Shown: piece after piece, positions 10,432 to 20,697 of the stretch
Layout of the letters: every line of letters starts with the position of its first letter
How positions within the stretch are numbered: position 1 is the first letter of the stretch
NCBI GenBank assembly: GCA_964556665.1
Contig: CAZKXU010000001.1
Coordinates: forward strand, 36,078 to 100,077
DNA: 64,000 bases
Direction: 5' to 3'
DNA from: an uncultured Bdellovibrionales bacterium
GTDB lineage: Bacteria; Bdellovibrionota_C; UBA2361; CAZKXU01
The notes under the pieces: generated by a model
Told to the model about the DNA's origin: nothing
Databases searched by the model: none
Seen by the model: only the letters and a program-made list of their open reading frames with translations
Made by a program: the position numbers and the translations under genes

Positions 10432-11082
10432 GTGCCATATACAAAAAAGTGGGTTATAGCTCTTACAGGTGCCAGTGGGATGCCGTATGCATTGCGGCTT
10501 ATTAAGAATCTTTTGAATGAGGAGATCGAACAGCATATAATAATCTCTGAAGCTGCTCATCAGGTATTGGCCGCAGAGCAGGGTATTAAAATATCTAGTG
10601 CCAAACTTAACAGTAAATCACTCCTAGGGGTGGAGAGTGATAAACTCCACTTTTATAACCCGCGTGACATAGGAGCGGCCCCTTCTTCGGGGTCGTTTTT
10701 ATTTGAGGGAATGGTAGTCGTGCCATGCAGCATGGGCACCTTGGGAGCGATTGCAACCGGAACACCGCGCAACCTTATTCATCGTGCCGCCGATGTGGCT
10801 CTCAAGGAGAATCGAAGGTTAATCCTTGTTCCTCGAGAAACTCCACTTTCGGCCATCCATCTTGAGAATATGCTTAAACTAAGCAGGATGCAGGTGCAGA
10901 TGGTTGCAGCGATGCCAGGCTTCTATGCTATGCCTGCTAATATAAATGATTTAGTTGACATGCTCGTTATGAAGATCATGGATTCAATGGGAATTCATAG
11001 AGAGCTGGTGCCGCGTTGGGGTGTGGAGAGTCCAGGCAGCGCCATTACTGAGACAAAAGTATTTGAGTTAAACCGTGGGTAA
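10432..11082 (+). CDS. ubiX: Flavin prenyltransferase UbiX (prenyl-FMN synthase)
   Basis: IALTGASG flavoprotein start, VVPCSMGTLG motif, about 210 aa. Confidence 0.85.
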   Translation: MPYTKKWVIALTGASGMPYALRLIKNLLNEEIEQHIIISEAAHQVLAAEQGIKISSAKLNSKSLLGVESDKLHFYNPRDIGAAPSSGSFLFEGMVVVPCSMGTLGAIATGTPRNLIHRAADVALKENRRLILVPRETPLSAIHLENMLKLSRMQVQMVAAMPGFYAMPANINDLVDMLVMKIMDSMGIHRELVPRWGVESPGSAITETKVFELNRG

Positions 11083-12097
11083 ATTAGCTCGTGTAGGAAT
11101 AACTGAAGGAAGGCTAGTACCAGTTGATGGATTGGCATGGGATCTCTCTGTGCAGAAGAGCGATAACTTTGTAGTAACAGCATTTGAACGGTTTGGTGTC
11201 TCAGAAACAGCAGCAGATATAATAGCATCCCGTCCATTAAGTGTAGAGCAGATCGAGTTTTTATTAGCAAAAGCCTCCTTCCCAATTTTGTTGAAATTAG
11301 TAGAGCTCCGAAAACAGAAGGTGGCGGGCATGAAGCCTACTCCCATCGTAGTTCTGCCGATTGGATCCTGGGTAGCTACATATGGGCTTAAGGCTTCGGT
11401 AAAGTTAGCAGTCGATTTTCTTTGCTCATTTGATAGTCCCTCTCTACAAGTAGTGTTAGAAGATCTGCAATCGATAGACTCAGCAATCCTTGAACTTGGA
11501 CTTTATGATGCCATTAGGGAGATACACGAAAGTAGAGCTGGTGTTGTCTTAGTAGGGCCTAGCGTTGAGGACATTCTTAAATGGATTGGTTGTATAGGTG
11601 TTAACCAAGATGAAGTATTTCACTTGGTTGAACTGGAAAGAGTGTTGTACTGTTTAAAGCAAGCTGGTGTTTCACGACTGCGCTATAGCTCTAATAAATA
11701 TTTACTAAAGCTGCTAAATGAAGTCGGTTTGTCAGCAAGTATATTGACCGATATAGGGGTTTATTCAACCCATACTAAGATGGCTGAGGAGCTGTATGCG
11801 TTAGGACAGCTCTCAGAGGATTGTCGTATCGATGTTTGGATGCCAGGTCTTATCGCACAAGATTTTAGCGCTGATTCTGCTACTGATCTGAAATTATTAC
11901 GTACTTTGGCTGTTGGGACTCTAGCATTGCCTCGTATTAGTTATCGACGTGCATCTAGCCGTTTTTTCTCTAGAGAGGGGCTAAGTTTCGCTAAATTCTG
12001 TGGCGCTAATGATTACGGATTTGGAGCAGTTGACGAATTAACCGAGCGTCGTTTAGGTGTGGCTCGCTTAGATCTACTTTCAAAGGTAATCGCATGA
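11075..12097 (+). CDS. MqnC/MqnE-fold paralogue lacking the radical SAM CxxxCxxC motif; function unknown
   Basis: C-terminal FCGANDYGFGAVDE parallels FGANDIDGT of the true MqnC/E at 5871-6977, and the middle region aligns by eye. No cluster-binding cysteines. Confidence 0.4.
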   Translation: MGKLARVGITEGRLVPVDGLAWDLSVQKSDNFVVTAFERFGVSETAADIIASRPLSVEQIEFLLAKASFPILLKLVELRKQKVAGMKPTPIVVLPIGSWVATYGLKASVKLAVDFLCSFDSPSLQVVLEDLQSIDSAILELGLYDAIREIHESRAGVVLVGPSVEDILKWIGCIGVNQDEVFHLVELERVLYCLKQAGVSRLRYSSNKYLLKLLNEVGLSASILTDIGVYSTHTKMAEELYALGQLSEDCRIDVWMPGLIAQDFSADSATDLKLLRTLAVGTLALPRISYRRASSRFFSREGLSFAKFCGANDYGFGAVDELTERRLGVARLDLLSKVIA

Positions 12098-13827
12098 GGA
12101 AGCTAAAGGTTGCCAATCTTAACTATATCGCCGCACTTCCTTTTAAAACTTTGGAGGGCATGCCTAACATTTGTTATGAGGAGAACTCTCCAACCGAGAA
12201 TGCACGTAAGTTGCATGAGGGTGAGGTGGACCTAGCACTAATATCAGTGGTTGAGTATGCAAATCATGGAGGATATGTAGGGCTTGATTTTGGGATTGCG
12301 GCAGTTGATAAATTAGATGCAGTGTCGCTCCTTTCCAACCATGAAATTAAAGACCTAACAACAATCTATCTCTATGAAGGCTCAAGTGCTTCGGCAGTAA
12401 TGTTAAAATTGTTGCTAGCAGAAAAGTATCTTACTACACCACGACTTGTGCGGGTAAACAGTAGGAATATTGTGGAATCACTAAAGCCTTACGAGGGCGT
12501 GCTGGTCATTCACGAAGTTGAACCTATTGTAAAAGAGAAATTTAAAGTTTGTGAGGATCTTGGGCGCATATGGTACGAGTTTACTGGCCTACCATTTGTC
12601 TATCTTGTCTGGGCAATGCGACCTGGCACACTCAGTATGGATCAGCACAGAAAACTCAATGATCTCTTTCATCGCTCTGTATGCGTTAGAGAGATTATCG
12701 CAGATGAGTTTGATAGCGAATTAGGACATGAAACTGGCGCAGCCTCTGCCTATGTTGGTCAAACAATCCATCACTACTTAGATGATACTCTACTGGGAGG
12801 ATTGGATGAGTTTTTTAAAAGATCGGCTAGTCTTAACCTACTGCCACAGACTCTCTATCGGAGTGCTACCTTTACACTTCTGAATCGCAAAGCATCGCCA
12901 AATGTGCAACATAAGCCGGTACAGTCATTATTTACAGAGGTGATAAAGGGTAGGCGTTTGAGTATTCGAGAAGCCGTGCGTATCGCTGAAGAGGCTACAA
13001 TGAGTGATTTGGCTTTGGCCACGCAGATGGTAACTCCAGCTCAGGTTAACAAGTCTCACTTCAATATGGTCTTGCCACTAAATGCAGCACAGTTACAGGA
13101 CGATCAACTGCTTTGGGAAAGACTTTTTCAAGCAGAAGTTAAAGGAGTTGATCATATTTTGATTAATCCTGGTGGTACGCTGCATGCTTCACTGTCTTGG
13201 TGGGAGGAGCGTCTTGCAACTATTAAGAAAAGATTTAATTTTTTGATTGAAGGATTTACCGTTAGTGAACTTTTGATGCTCTCTAAGTTGTCAAAAATGT
13301 CAGTTGGCACTCTAGCGGCTAAACTTAAACTTGCAGGGCTCGATCTGATATCTGGTACGGGTGGGGGGATGCTCTTTGATCGTATTGCTGCTAAGCACTG
13401 CAATTCGCAGATAAGCGCGGCTGAATGGATAGATACAATTCGATGGGTACATTCAGTAGGTGTCAAATCTAGCTGTTGCCTGACTATATCAAAGTTTGAA
13501 AGTTGGGAAGAGCGATTAATACATCTACAGAAACTCCGTAGTTTGCAGGATGAGAATCCTGGATTTAAATACTTTGGTGTGCAGATCTCAGAACAGTGGC
13601 CTGGACCTGTGGTCTCGGAAATAAAGTTAAGAACTCTGATGTTAGCCCGGCTCTTTTTAGATAATGTACCAACTTTTATAGAGTATGATTATACGCATGG
13701 TTTATTTGCTGCAACAGCGGGACTTTCCTTTGGGGCCAATCAGTTGCGAATCGACCCTACACTGCCAAATAGTAAGAGCATCTTTGCTGCTGTAGATGTA
13801 ATGCCTGGGTTGGAACTAGTTGGGTAG
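12094..13827 (+). CDS. MqnA-like (chorismate dehydratase, PBP-fold) domain fused to a second cysteine-less MqnC/MqnE-fold domain
   Basis: N-terminus KVANLNYIAALPF...DLALISVVEY resembles MqnA. C-terminal half (FKYFGVQI...SFGANQLRID) parallels the MqnC C-terminus. Overlaps the upstream stop by 4 bp. Confidence 0.45.
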   Translation: MRKLKVANLNYIAALPFKTLEGMPNICYEENSPTENARKLHEGEVDLALISVVEYANHGGYVGLDFGIAAVDKLDAVSLLSNHEIKDLTTIYLYEGSSASAVMLKLLLAEKYLTTPRLVRVNSRNIVESLKPYEGVLVIHEVEPIVKEKFKVCEDLGRIWYEFTGLPFVYLVWAMRPGTLSMDQHRKLNDLFHRSVCVREIIADEFDSELGHETGAASAYVGQTIHHYLDDTLLGGLDEFFKRSASLNLLPQTLYRSATFTLLNRKASPNVQHKPVQSLFTEVIKGRRLSIREAVRIAEEATMSDLALATQMVTPAQVNKSHFNMVLPLNAAQLQDDQLLWERLFQAEVKGVDHILINPGGTLHASLSWWEERLATIKKRFNFLIEGFTVSELLMLSKLSKMSVGTLAAKLKLAGLDLISGTGGGMLFDRIAAKHCNSQISAAEWIDTIRWVHSVGVKSSCCLTISKFESWEERLIHLQKLRSLQDENPGFKYFGVQISEQWPGPVVSEIKLRTLMLARLFLDNVPTFIEYDYTHGLFAATAGLSFGANQLRIDPTLPNSKSIFAAVDVMPGLELVG

Positions 13828-13833
13828 TTTCTG

Positions 13834-14706
13834 ATGAAAACGGTAATTCCGACTCTGCAGCTCTGGGGTAATGTAGTTAAGTTCTCACATACAATTTTTG
13901 CTTTACCATTTGCATTAGCGATGTTTGTAATTGTCGCTTCTCGTTATCCGGTTACTGTATTTCAACTTCTATGGATCTTGGCTGCGCTGGTTGCGGCACG
14001 TACAGCCGCAATGTCCTTTAACCGCCTCATTGATCGTAAGATTGATGAGCTAAATCCACGCACCAAAGACAGGGAGCTGCCTGCGGGGCGCATCGGAGTG
14101 CGAAGTGTTATGATATTGCTATTCTGCTCATCAATTCTATTTCTGTTTTCTTCGGGTGCCCTGGGTTTGCATTGTCTTATCTTGGCATTGCCAGTGTTAG
14201 CTGTCTTGTTTCTTTATTCCTGGTCAAAACGATTTACTTCTTATAGTCATCTGCTGCTTGGTCTTGCCTTAGCTCTCGCACCAGGAGGTGTTTGGTATGC
14301 GTTAACTGCTCAATTTTCGTATGAGCCTATAGTAATGATGTTAGCGGTGCTTTTCTGGGTAGCAGGCTTCGATGTGCTTTATGCGATACAGGATACTAAC
14401 TTTGACCGAGAGCATGGGCTGAACTCTATCCCAAGCCGTTTTGGGGTGAGCAAAGCACGCCTGTTAGCCTTTATATTTCATTGTATAGCAATCACACTGT
14501 TTAATATTCAGGGGGTATACACAGACCTAGGCTGGATATATTTTTTCGGATTAGCTCTTTTCTCCATTGTTTTACTTAGTCAGCATTGGATTATACAAAT
14601 GCGCGGTTTGGCAGAGATTAATCACCTATTTTTTAGCCGTAATGGCGCTGCTGCAGTTATCTATTTTGTAGCTGTACTTCTTGATGTCACACTACGTTCA
14701 GTTTAG
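13834..14706 (+). CDS. UbiA-family aromatic prenyltransferase (MqnP-like), 8-9 TM
   Basis: Polytopic membrane protein. NRLIDRKID and YAIQDTNFD motifs (first Asp-rich motif partly degenerate, N-R for N-D). Confidence 0.7.
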   Translation: MKTVIPTLQLWGNVVKFSHTIFALPFALAMFVIVASRYPVTVFQLLWILAALVAARTAAMSFNRLIDRKIDELNPRTKDRELPAGRIGVRSVMILLFCSSILFLFSSGALGLHCLILALPVLAVLFLYSWSKRFTSYSHLLLGLALALAPGGVWYALTAQFSYEPIVMMLAVLFWVAGFDVLYAIQDTNFDREHGLNSIPSRFGVSKARLLAFIFHCIAITLFNIQGVYTDLGWIYFFGLALFSIVLLSQHWIIQMRGLAEINHLFFSRNGAAAVIYFVAVLLDVTLRSV

Positions 14707-14935
14707 ATACTGAGCTCGAGGAAGCTCGATTCTGTGCCAAATTCTGGAGTATGCGCATTCCAGCCCCTGTAAACTCAGCAGGCACTAATAATCTATAACC
14801 TAAGGCGCATAAGCTGCCATCAAGGATCTCTACATGCTCAATTATGACAGGAATACCTGCATCTTCTAAGACTGCGCAATAATGGTTGGCTACTCTCTGT
14901 TCGGTAATCGTAGTCAGCACCAGAAACTTTTCCAT
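14687..14935 (-). CDS. Small DUF2007-like protein
   Basis: MEKFLVLTTITEQRVANHYCAVLEDAGIPVII pattern. Start taken at the internal Met of the longer ORF. Confidence 0.35.
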   Translation of the reverse strand: MEKFLVLTTITEQRVANHYCAVLEDAGIPVIIEHVEILDGSLCALGYRLLVPAEFTGAGMRILQNLAQNRASSSSVSKLNVV

Positions 14936-15156
14936 GCCTATCCTCCTATGAATTATGAGAAATATCAGTAATGCCAGCCTGGCTATCTCATGCTTCACAT
15001 GATAAATCCATGCTAGTGTGCCCTATCAGCACATTCATTCTTATATGGTTATTTAACCTCAACTATTCCTTATCGCCAGTGCAAAAATATGATCATTCTA
15101 CAAATAAATATTTTTTGGATAGATTAAAATTATTTTTTTAACGAGAATGCTTCTAT

Positions 15157-16212
15157 ATGCTTGATAGTGTTAGGAAAACTGCGCAGCAGTTTAATATTAC
15201 AGGAACCATATCATCTCTCGAAGAATTAAAACGAGGGCACATTCATTCGACCTTCGTAAGTAGCTGGACAGAAAATGGTAAGGTGCGCCGGTATATTCAT
15301 CAATGTATAAATCGTAACGTTTTCCCTGATCCTCCACAGGTAATGAGAAATATTGAAAAAGTTACTGCACATTTGAGAGGGAAAGTTGGTGCAAGTAAAG
15401 AGATCGAGATACTGGAGATTATTCAGACTAAGAAAGGAGAGAGTTACTTAATAGACGAACGGGGTGAATACTGGCGTACCTATAAGTATATCGAAAACAC
15501 CAAAGTTTTTGACAGCTGTACAGATCCTGCAGTTGCTTATGAGGCTGCGCGAGCCTTTAGTCTTTTTGTCTCTTTACTTACCGATTTATCAACATCTGAG
15601 CTGGCTGTAACCATCCCGGATTATCATCATGCAGTAAAGCGGTTAAATGTATTCAAGGCAGCCCTAAAAAACGATCAACTAAGTAGAGCCTCGGACATTA
15701 AAGAGGAGGTTCAGTTTATTAATGAGAGAGAGGGCCGTATCGGATCGATAGCTAATCACATCGAGGCGGGAAGGCTCCCTTTAAGAATTATGCATTATGA
15801 TACTAAGATCAATAATGTTCTTTTTGGCATGGATGTACGAGCTAAGGCGGTAGTTGATCTAGATCTGGTGATGCCGGGGTCTATTCTTTATGATTTTGGA
15901 GATCTGGTTAGGAGCGCGGTTAGTAAGAGTGCTGAGGATGAGGAGGATTTAAGTAAGGTAAAATTCGAGCGCAGCATTTACGATGCGCTCTATCGTGGCT
16001 ATAACGAAGCTGGAGCTGGTTATCTTACCGATTTTGAGCGGAGCCTATTCCCAGAGTCAGCCAGAGCTGTAGCTTTTACACTTGCAGTTAGATTTCTCAC
16101 CGATTACTTATGTGGCGATACATATTTTAAGACCTCCAAGCCTAAACACAACCTGCTTCGTGCACGTACGCAGCTTAAGCTGGTGGAGGAAATTGAACGG
16201 GAGCTGATGTAA
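15157..16212 (+). CDS. Aminoglycoside-phosphotransferase-fold (APH/choline-kinase-like) small-molecule kinase
   Basis: HYDTKINNVLF (HxDxxxxN catalytic loop) followed by DLDLV...DFGDL. Confidence 0.5.
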   Translation: MLDSVRKTAQQFNITGTISSLEELKRGHIHSTFVSSWTENGKVRRYIHQCINRNVFPDPPQVMRNIEKVTAHLRGKVGASKEIEILEIIQTKKGESYLIDERGEYWRTYKYIENTKVFDSCTDPAVAYEAARAFSLFVSLLTDLSTSELAVTIPDYHHAVKRLNVFKAALKNDQLSRASDIKEEVQFINEREGRIGSIANHIEAGRLPLRIMHYDTKINNVLFGMDVRAKAVVDLDLVMPGSILYDFGDLVRSAVSKSAEDEEDLSKVKFERSIYDALYRGYNEAGAGYLTDFERSLFPESARAVAFTLAVRFLTDYLCGDTYFKTSKPKHNLLRARTQLKLVEEIERELM

Positions 16213-17265
16213 TCAGGATTTTTTCTCCCTGAAAGCTCTTCTTGGAAGGTCACATATATAAAGTATTTGCATACTGGTAATAATCCATTCCATAAATTCA
16301 CTTAAAACATTGCGTGACGAACCCTCACAATTTATGCTTCGAGCATAGGTAATTGGACAGCCGGTAATATAGTCAATTTGATCGTCATCGGATTCTGCCC
16401 TTTCTAACGCTTCAGCGGTTGCTGCTAGAGCCTTTCTAAATCTTTCAGTTAGCTGCCAATAATATCTTCCCTTTGTTCTTACAACTTCAAACAATCCTGG
16501 ATAACATGTAGCTCCAAAGATCTGTGGTAACATCGATTCTGAAGTATATTTAAGAAAGAATTGAAAACTACTTGTGGCCATGCGCTTATGAAATTCAATT
16601 ATCTGAGAGAGAAGTTGTGTAAATTCCCATTGGGCTGGGCGTCTATGATATTGTTGTTTAAAGGAGGTTTCTATAGTTCCGGCAGATGCCAATATAGATC
16701 TCAAGCCAGTAATAAATCCTCTTCCTATATAGTCATAAATATCCGTAGCTTGTCTAGCAGCTTTAGCTTGCAGTAATTCTTTTAACCTAACAAAGCTGCC
16801 CTCTGACATTTTATATTTTGATTCAATTTTGATACTAGGATCTGTATGTGCATCTATCCAGAGTCGGAGAACAGATGCAAAGGCATCCCCCATCTGTTTT
16901 ACCATTTTGTCTAATCTCAAAGAATCATGACCATAAAGACTTGCAACAAAAGAGGATTTATCTGTAACAAAAAGCATCGTTTCTTTGTCGACATCACCTA
17001 ACGCAAGTGCTTTTGGAGAATTTAATCTGATACTCTGAAAAAGGCCCCAAGACTTTTCAATGGCTTCAACTCCTAATCTAAATAGTTCTATCCTTTGATC
17101 GGTAGGTCCTTCAAACGATTGAAAAGGATCTAGTCGAGGAAATACATGATTAGCTCTTCTCAAGATTTCATTTTGGTCTATGACTATAGGTGGAACTGCG
17201 GCAGAACCGCTATTACCAGGTGATACTACTGAAACTACCATAAGATCTAACTGATAATAATACAT
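16213..17265 (-). CDS. Hypothetical protein (350 aa)
   Basis: Long clean ORF, no recognisable motif. Confidence 0.5.
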   Translation of the reverse strand: MYYYQLDLMVVSVVSPGNSGSAAVPPIVIDQNEILRRANHVFPRLDPFQSFEGPTDQRIELFRLGVEAIEKSWGLFQSIRLNSPKALALGDVDKETMLFVTDKSSFVASLYGHDSLRLDKMVKQMGDAFASVLRLWIDAHTDPSIKIESKYKMSEGSFVRLKELLQAKAARQATDIYDYIGRGFITGLRSILASAGTIETSFKQQYHRRPAQWEFTQLLSQIIEFHKRMATSSFQFFLKYTSESMLPQIFGATCYPGLFEVVRTKGRYYWQLTERFRKALAATAEALERAESDDDQIDYITGCPITYARSINCEGSSRNVLSEFMEWIITSMQILYICDLPRRAFREKKS

Positions 17266-17408
17266 TTTGTTAGCTTAAACAATTCAAGGTATACATATGA
17301 ACTTCTAGTCTGATTGCTGCCAAGGAGGCTTTTACTTAGTTATCTTTGAACTCAAAAAAGTGGTAGATTCTATAGGTAGTTAATTACATTAAATTCCGCT
17401 TAAGCAGT

Positions 17409-18668
17409 ATGTTTGCAATCCCTAGACATGACGGTTTTAGAGAATGTGAAGCGCCAAGTAGAGAGCAGGGACCACGCGTCTCCATTAATACTGAAGCACT
17501 CTCTAGAAATTATAAGCTTCTTGAGAGAGTAGGTGGTAGTGCTGAAATCCTTGCAGTCGTAAAAGGGCGAGGATATGGTTACGGTGATCATCCGGAGGTA
17601 ATTGTTACACTTTATCAAGCTGGCTGTCGTCGTTTCTGGGTCGAGAGCTCTGAAGAGGCCGCGTTTGTTCTTAGATCAGTGTCCCGACTAGGAAATGATG
17701 TAGCGGTATATCTGCCTATTAATGAACTTGCAGGTCGTCTAGATAATGAGAGCATCGCTGCATTCCTACGGCCTGGAATAGTCCCGGTGCTATTCCATCA
17801 TGAGCATATAGTTAGATTTAACGCATACGGAAAGGAGATTGGCAGCAGGATCCCGGCTGCTATTAAATTTGATGTCGGATTGCGACGTCGCGGAATCATA
17901 GTAGATGATATATCGCAGGCAGGAGAGGTTCAGTTTGCAGAAGTACGGAATCACCTTGAATCCCTAGAGGTCCATTTTGTCTGTAGTCATTTTTCAGGTG
18001 CAACACGGCCAGAGTCTAAAGTGAACACCCCTCAGATCGAAAAAATGCAGTTTATATCCCGTGCTTTTCCACACTTTCGAACCTGCTTTGCAAATAGCTC
18101 AGGTATATTCATGTTGGCACAACGAGGACTTCAATCATTATCCCATATAAATAGGCCTGGTTATGCTCTCTGGGGAGGCAATCCGATTCGTCAATTCAAA
18201 GCGCCTGTCACAATAGGAAAGGAGACTTTTTCAGCAGAGAAAAATCCTATGGAGCCCGTATTCCAATTTCATGCACCGATAAGACTTGTTGCCGAGGTTC
18301 GGGATCTTGCACCAGGAGCGGAAGGGAGAAAAGTAACTGCCGCCCAGATCCCTATATCATCTCTTAGTATCGGGAATTTAAATATATTTGTAGCCAATAA
18401 AGGCTGCTTTGCGATTAATGGTCAGCTGGTAAGAGTACTTGCGCCAGGACCAGAAGAGGAGGAAGGGGGATTTATATATCTTGAGTTGCCGGAGTCATTG
18501 AAAACAACGGTCAGACCTGGAATGCAGGTAGAGCTTCTTGGGCCGCATATCACACTTGATTATTTAGCTGAAAAACTTTCTGATAATGAGCACAAAACAA
18601 CCGGCTACCATGTGCCATTTTATCTTGGGATGTCTCAGTATCCAACTAGCGATCCCACTGCATACTAA
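17409..18668 (+). CDS. Alanine racemase-family PLP-dependent enzyme (N-terminal TIM-barrel domain recognisable)
   Basis: AVVKGRGYGYGD resembles the Alr PLP-lysine region AVVKAnAYGHG. Confidence 0.45.
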   Translation: MFAIPRHDGFRECEAPSREQGPRVSINTEALSRNYKLLERVGGSAEILAVVKGRGYGYGDHPEVIVTLYQAGCRRFWVESSEEAAFVLRSVSRLGNDVAVYLPINELAGRLDNESIAAFLRPGIVPVLFHHEHIVRFNAYGKEIGSRIPAAIKFDVGLRRRGIIVDDISQAGEVQFAEVRNHLESLEVHFVCSHFSGATRPESKVNTPQIEKMQFISRAFPHFRTCFANSSGIFMLAQRGLQSLSHINRPGYALWGGNPIRQFKAPVTIGKETFSAEKNPMEPVFQFHAPIRLVAEVRDLAPGAEGRKVTAAQIPISSLSIGNLNIFVANKGCFAINGQLVRVLAPGPEEEEGGFIYLELPESLKTTVRPGMQVELLGPHITLDYLAEKLSDNEHKTTGYHVPFYLGMSQYPTSDPTAY

Positions 18669-18717
18669 GTTTGCAAGTAGTAGCTCCGGCATTTTGGGCA
18701 ATTCTAAAAACCTCCTT

Positions 18718-18809
18718 ACTGGGACCGCGGACATCCTGTCCGCTGTTGGGACAGCCTACAATTACGGCAAGTCTACTAATCTGCGGACAGGATGTTCGCG
18801 CTCCCAGTG
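18718..18809. repeat. Palindromic element family A, copy 3 (variant with GCGGACATCCTGTCCGC arms)
   Basis: TACTGGGACCGCGGAC...GTTCGCGCTCCCAGTG. Covers the 3' end of the pabB-like gene and creates three spurious ORFs. Confidence 0.7.
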
Positions 18810-20116
18810 CTTTTATACGCCTCCCAGATGCCGCGCGCCTTATGGAAGGTCTCTTCATACTCTGCTTCAGGCTCTGAATCGATTACCACTGCACCGCCTG
18901 TTTGAAATATAAAACTATCAGCTGAAAGGAGAGCTGTGCGAATAGCTACATTAAAATGTAGGTAATCTCCACCAAAAATGCCGATAGCCCCTGTATAAAC
19001 ACCTCTTCTTACTCCTTCAAGTTCAGTGATTATTTTCATTGCGGCGATCTTTGGACAACCTGTTACAGAGCCAGAGGGGAAAAGCGCCCTGACAATCTCT
19101 ACCAGGCCTACTTCACTAGGCAGTTTGGCTTCAATGTCAGCAAGGAGATGATGAAGATGAGGGAGCGTTTCTAGTCTAGGATAGCTTATAACTTTAACCG
19201 ATCCGGTTTTGGCAACGCGACCCAGATCGTTTCTAATAAGGTCAACTATCATAGCAAGCTCAGCCAGGTTCTTAGGACTTCGTAGTAGCTCGGCCGGATC
19301 TGAATCGAGAGCGGCGGTTCCTTTAATTGGAGAGGCGAGTATTGTAGCTCCTCTTTTCTCTATAAAAAGCTCAGGTGAAGCGCTTACGATTGAACTATGC
19401 TGTAACCTTATATAAGCGGCTCGTTGTGCCGGAGAGGATCTGCGTAGGTTTAGGTAAAAATCTTCCGGACGACTACATGCTGGAAGTTTAAATCTCTGGC
19501 TAAGATTCACCTGATATACATTCCCGTCTTTAATCTCATCTTTGATCTTATTTACAGCGTCTAGATAGCTCTGATGTGTAAAATTTGAAAATTGCTCAAG
19601 CTCCCGCTTCATCTGCGTAAAATTCAAAGTTGAAGGAGAGGCTGTAACAGAGCTGGTGGCGCTAGATGAGAGCAGTTCGATATTATTCTCCATTTTCCAA
19701 AGCGGAGTGAAATTACCTTGATAAGAGATGCACCACTTGATGCAGCAATCCGATGATTTATCTATTTCAAATATTGTTGAGTAGAGAAAGAATGAGAGAA
19801 GCGGGTGCTCCTCCTTAGCAGAAGCTAGCTTAGGAAGCTTCTCAATAAAATGGCTGAATTCGTATGAGATGAATCCGGCACTTAATGGCGGTGTAGATGT
19901 AGTACTGGTAATACTCTCTAATGTTCGTATGATAGACCAGGGATCGTTGCAGGCATATGAAATCTCGATCTTATGTACCGGATCAAGAAAAATAAAGCTG
20001 CGATCAGCTGTATCTATCTGAGCAAATCCCTCTCTCTGCCCGTATCGCAGTAGCATCGTTTCAAGAAGATGACTTCCGGCAGCGGCTATTATCCCTTTTC
20101 TGATATCTGTAATCAC
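18776..20116 (-). CDS. Chorismate-binding enzyme, aminodeoxychorismate/anthranilate synthase component I (PabB/TrpE-like)
   Basis: C-terminal GGAVVIDSEPEAEYEETFHKA and PIKGT motifs. The 3' end runs into palindromic repeat A3. Confidence 0.7.
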   Translation of the reverse strand: MITDIRKGIIAAAGSHLLETMLLRYGQREGFAQIDTADRSFIFLDPVHKIEISYACNDPWSIIRTLESITSTTSTPPLSAGFISYEFSHFIEKLPKLASAKEEHPLLSFFLYSTIFEIDKSSDCCIKWCISYQGNFTPLWKMENNIELLSSSATSSVTASPSTLNFTQMKRELEQFSNFTHQSYLDAVNKIKDEIKDGNVYQVNLSQRFKLPACSRPEDFYLNLRRSSPAQRAAYIRLQHSSIVSASPELFIEKRGATILASPIKGTAALDSDPAELLRSPKNLAELAMIVDLIRNDLGRVAKTGSVKVISYPRLETLPHLHHLLADIEAKLPSEVGLVEIVRALFPSGSVTGCPKIAAMKIITELEGVRRGVYTGAIGIFGGDYLHFNVAIRTALLSADSFIFQTGGAVVIDSEPEAEYEETFHKARGIWEAYKSTGSANILSAD

Positions 20117-20697
20117 AAGCAGTGCGCCAAAAAGTTGTGGATTATTCTATCTCCACTCTCTGTTAAAAATGATTCAGGATGAAACTGTACCCCCCAGATC
20201 GGTTTATGACGATGACGAAGAGCCATCACCTCGCCGTCAACAGTATCGCTTGCTAGGATCTGTAAGTCTTCCGGTATCTCGTCAATCGCTAATGAATGAT
20301 ACCGTGCTACTGTCAGCGGAGAAGGAAGGCCTGCGAAAATATCGGAAGCAGTATGATGTATCAGGCTGCATTTACCGTGTAGCGGTTTTTTTGCCCGCCG
20401 TAGTCTTGCTCCAAAATGTTCGCCGATCAGCTGATGCCCAAGGCAGACACCTAATATAGGCACCTGAATATCCGTTGATTGAAGCACATCCTTACAAATA
20501 CCAGAATCTTTCGGAGTGCCAGGACCAGGGGAGAAAATTATTGCTGCCGGTGCAATACTCCGTATCTCGTTAAGATGTAAGCTGTCATTCCTATGTACTA
20601 AAACCTGAGTTTCTAGAGCAACCAGCTGCTTAAACAGCTGTGCTAAGTTAAAGGTGAATGAGTCATAGTTATCGATAATTAGAAGGGAAGCACTCAT
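20113..20697 (-). CDS. Class I glutamine amidotransferase component II (PabA/TrpG-like)
   Basis: LGVCLGHQ nucleophile-Cys motif, C-terminal HPES. 4-bp overlap with the component I gene. Confidence 0.8.
   Translation of the reverse strand: MSASLLIIDNYDSFTFNLAQLFKQLVALETQVLVHRNDSLHLNEIRSIAPAAIIFSPGPGTPKDSGICKDVLQSTDIQVPILGVCLGHQLIGEHFGARLRRAKKPLHGKCSLIHHTASDIFAGLPSPLTVARYHSLAIDEIPEDLQILASDTVDGEVMALRHRHKPIWGVQFHPESFLTESGDRIIHNFLAHCL

Noticed and set aside
18586-18912. Three overlapping small ORFs (108, 70 and 68 aa) after the alanine-racemase-like gene
   Set aside because: They cover palindromic element A3 and the 3' end of the convergent pabB-like gene. There is no independent coding signal.
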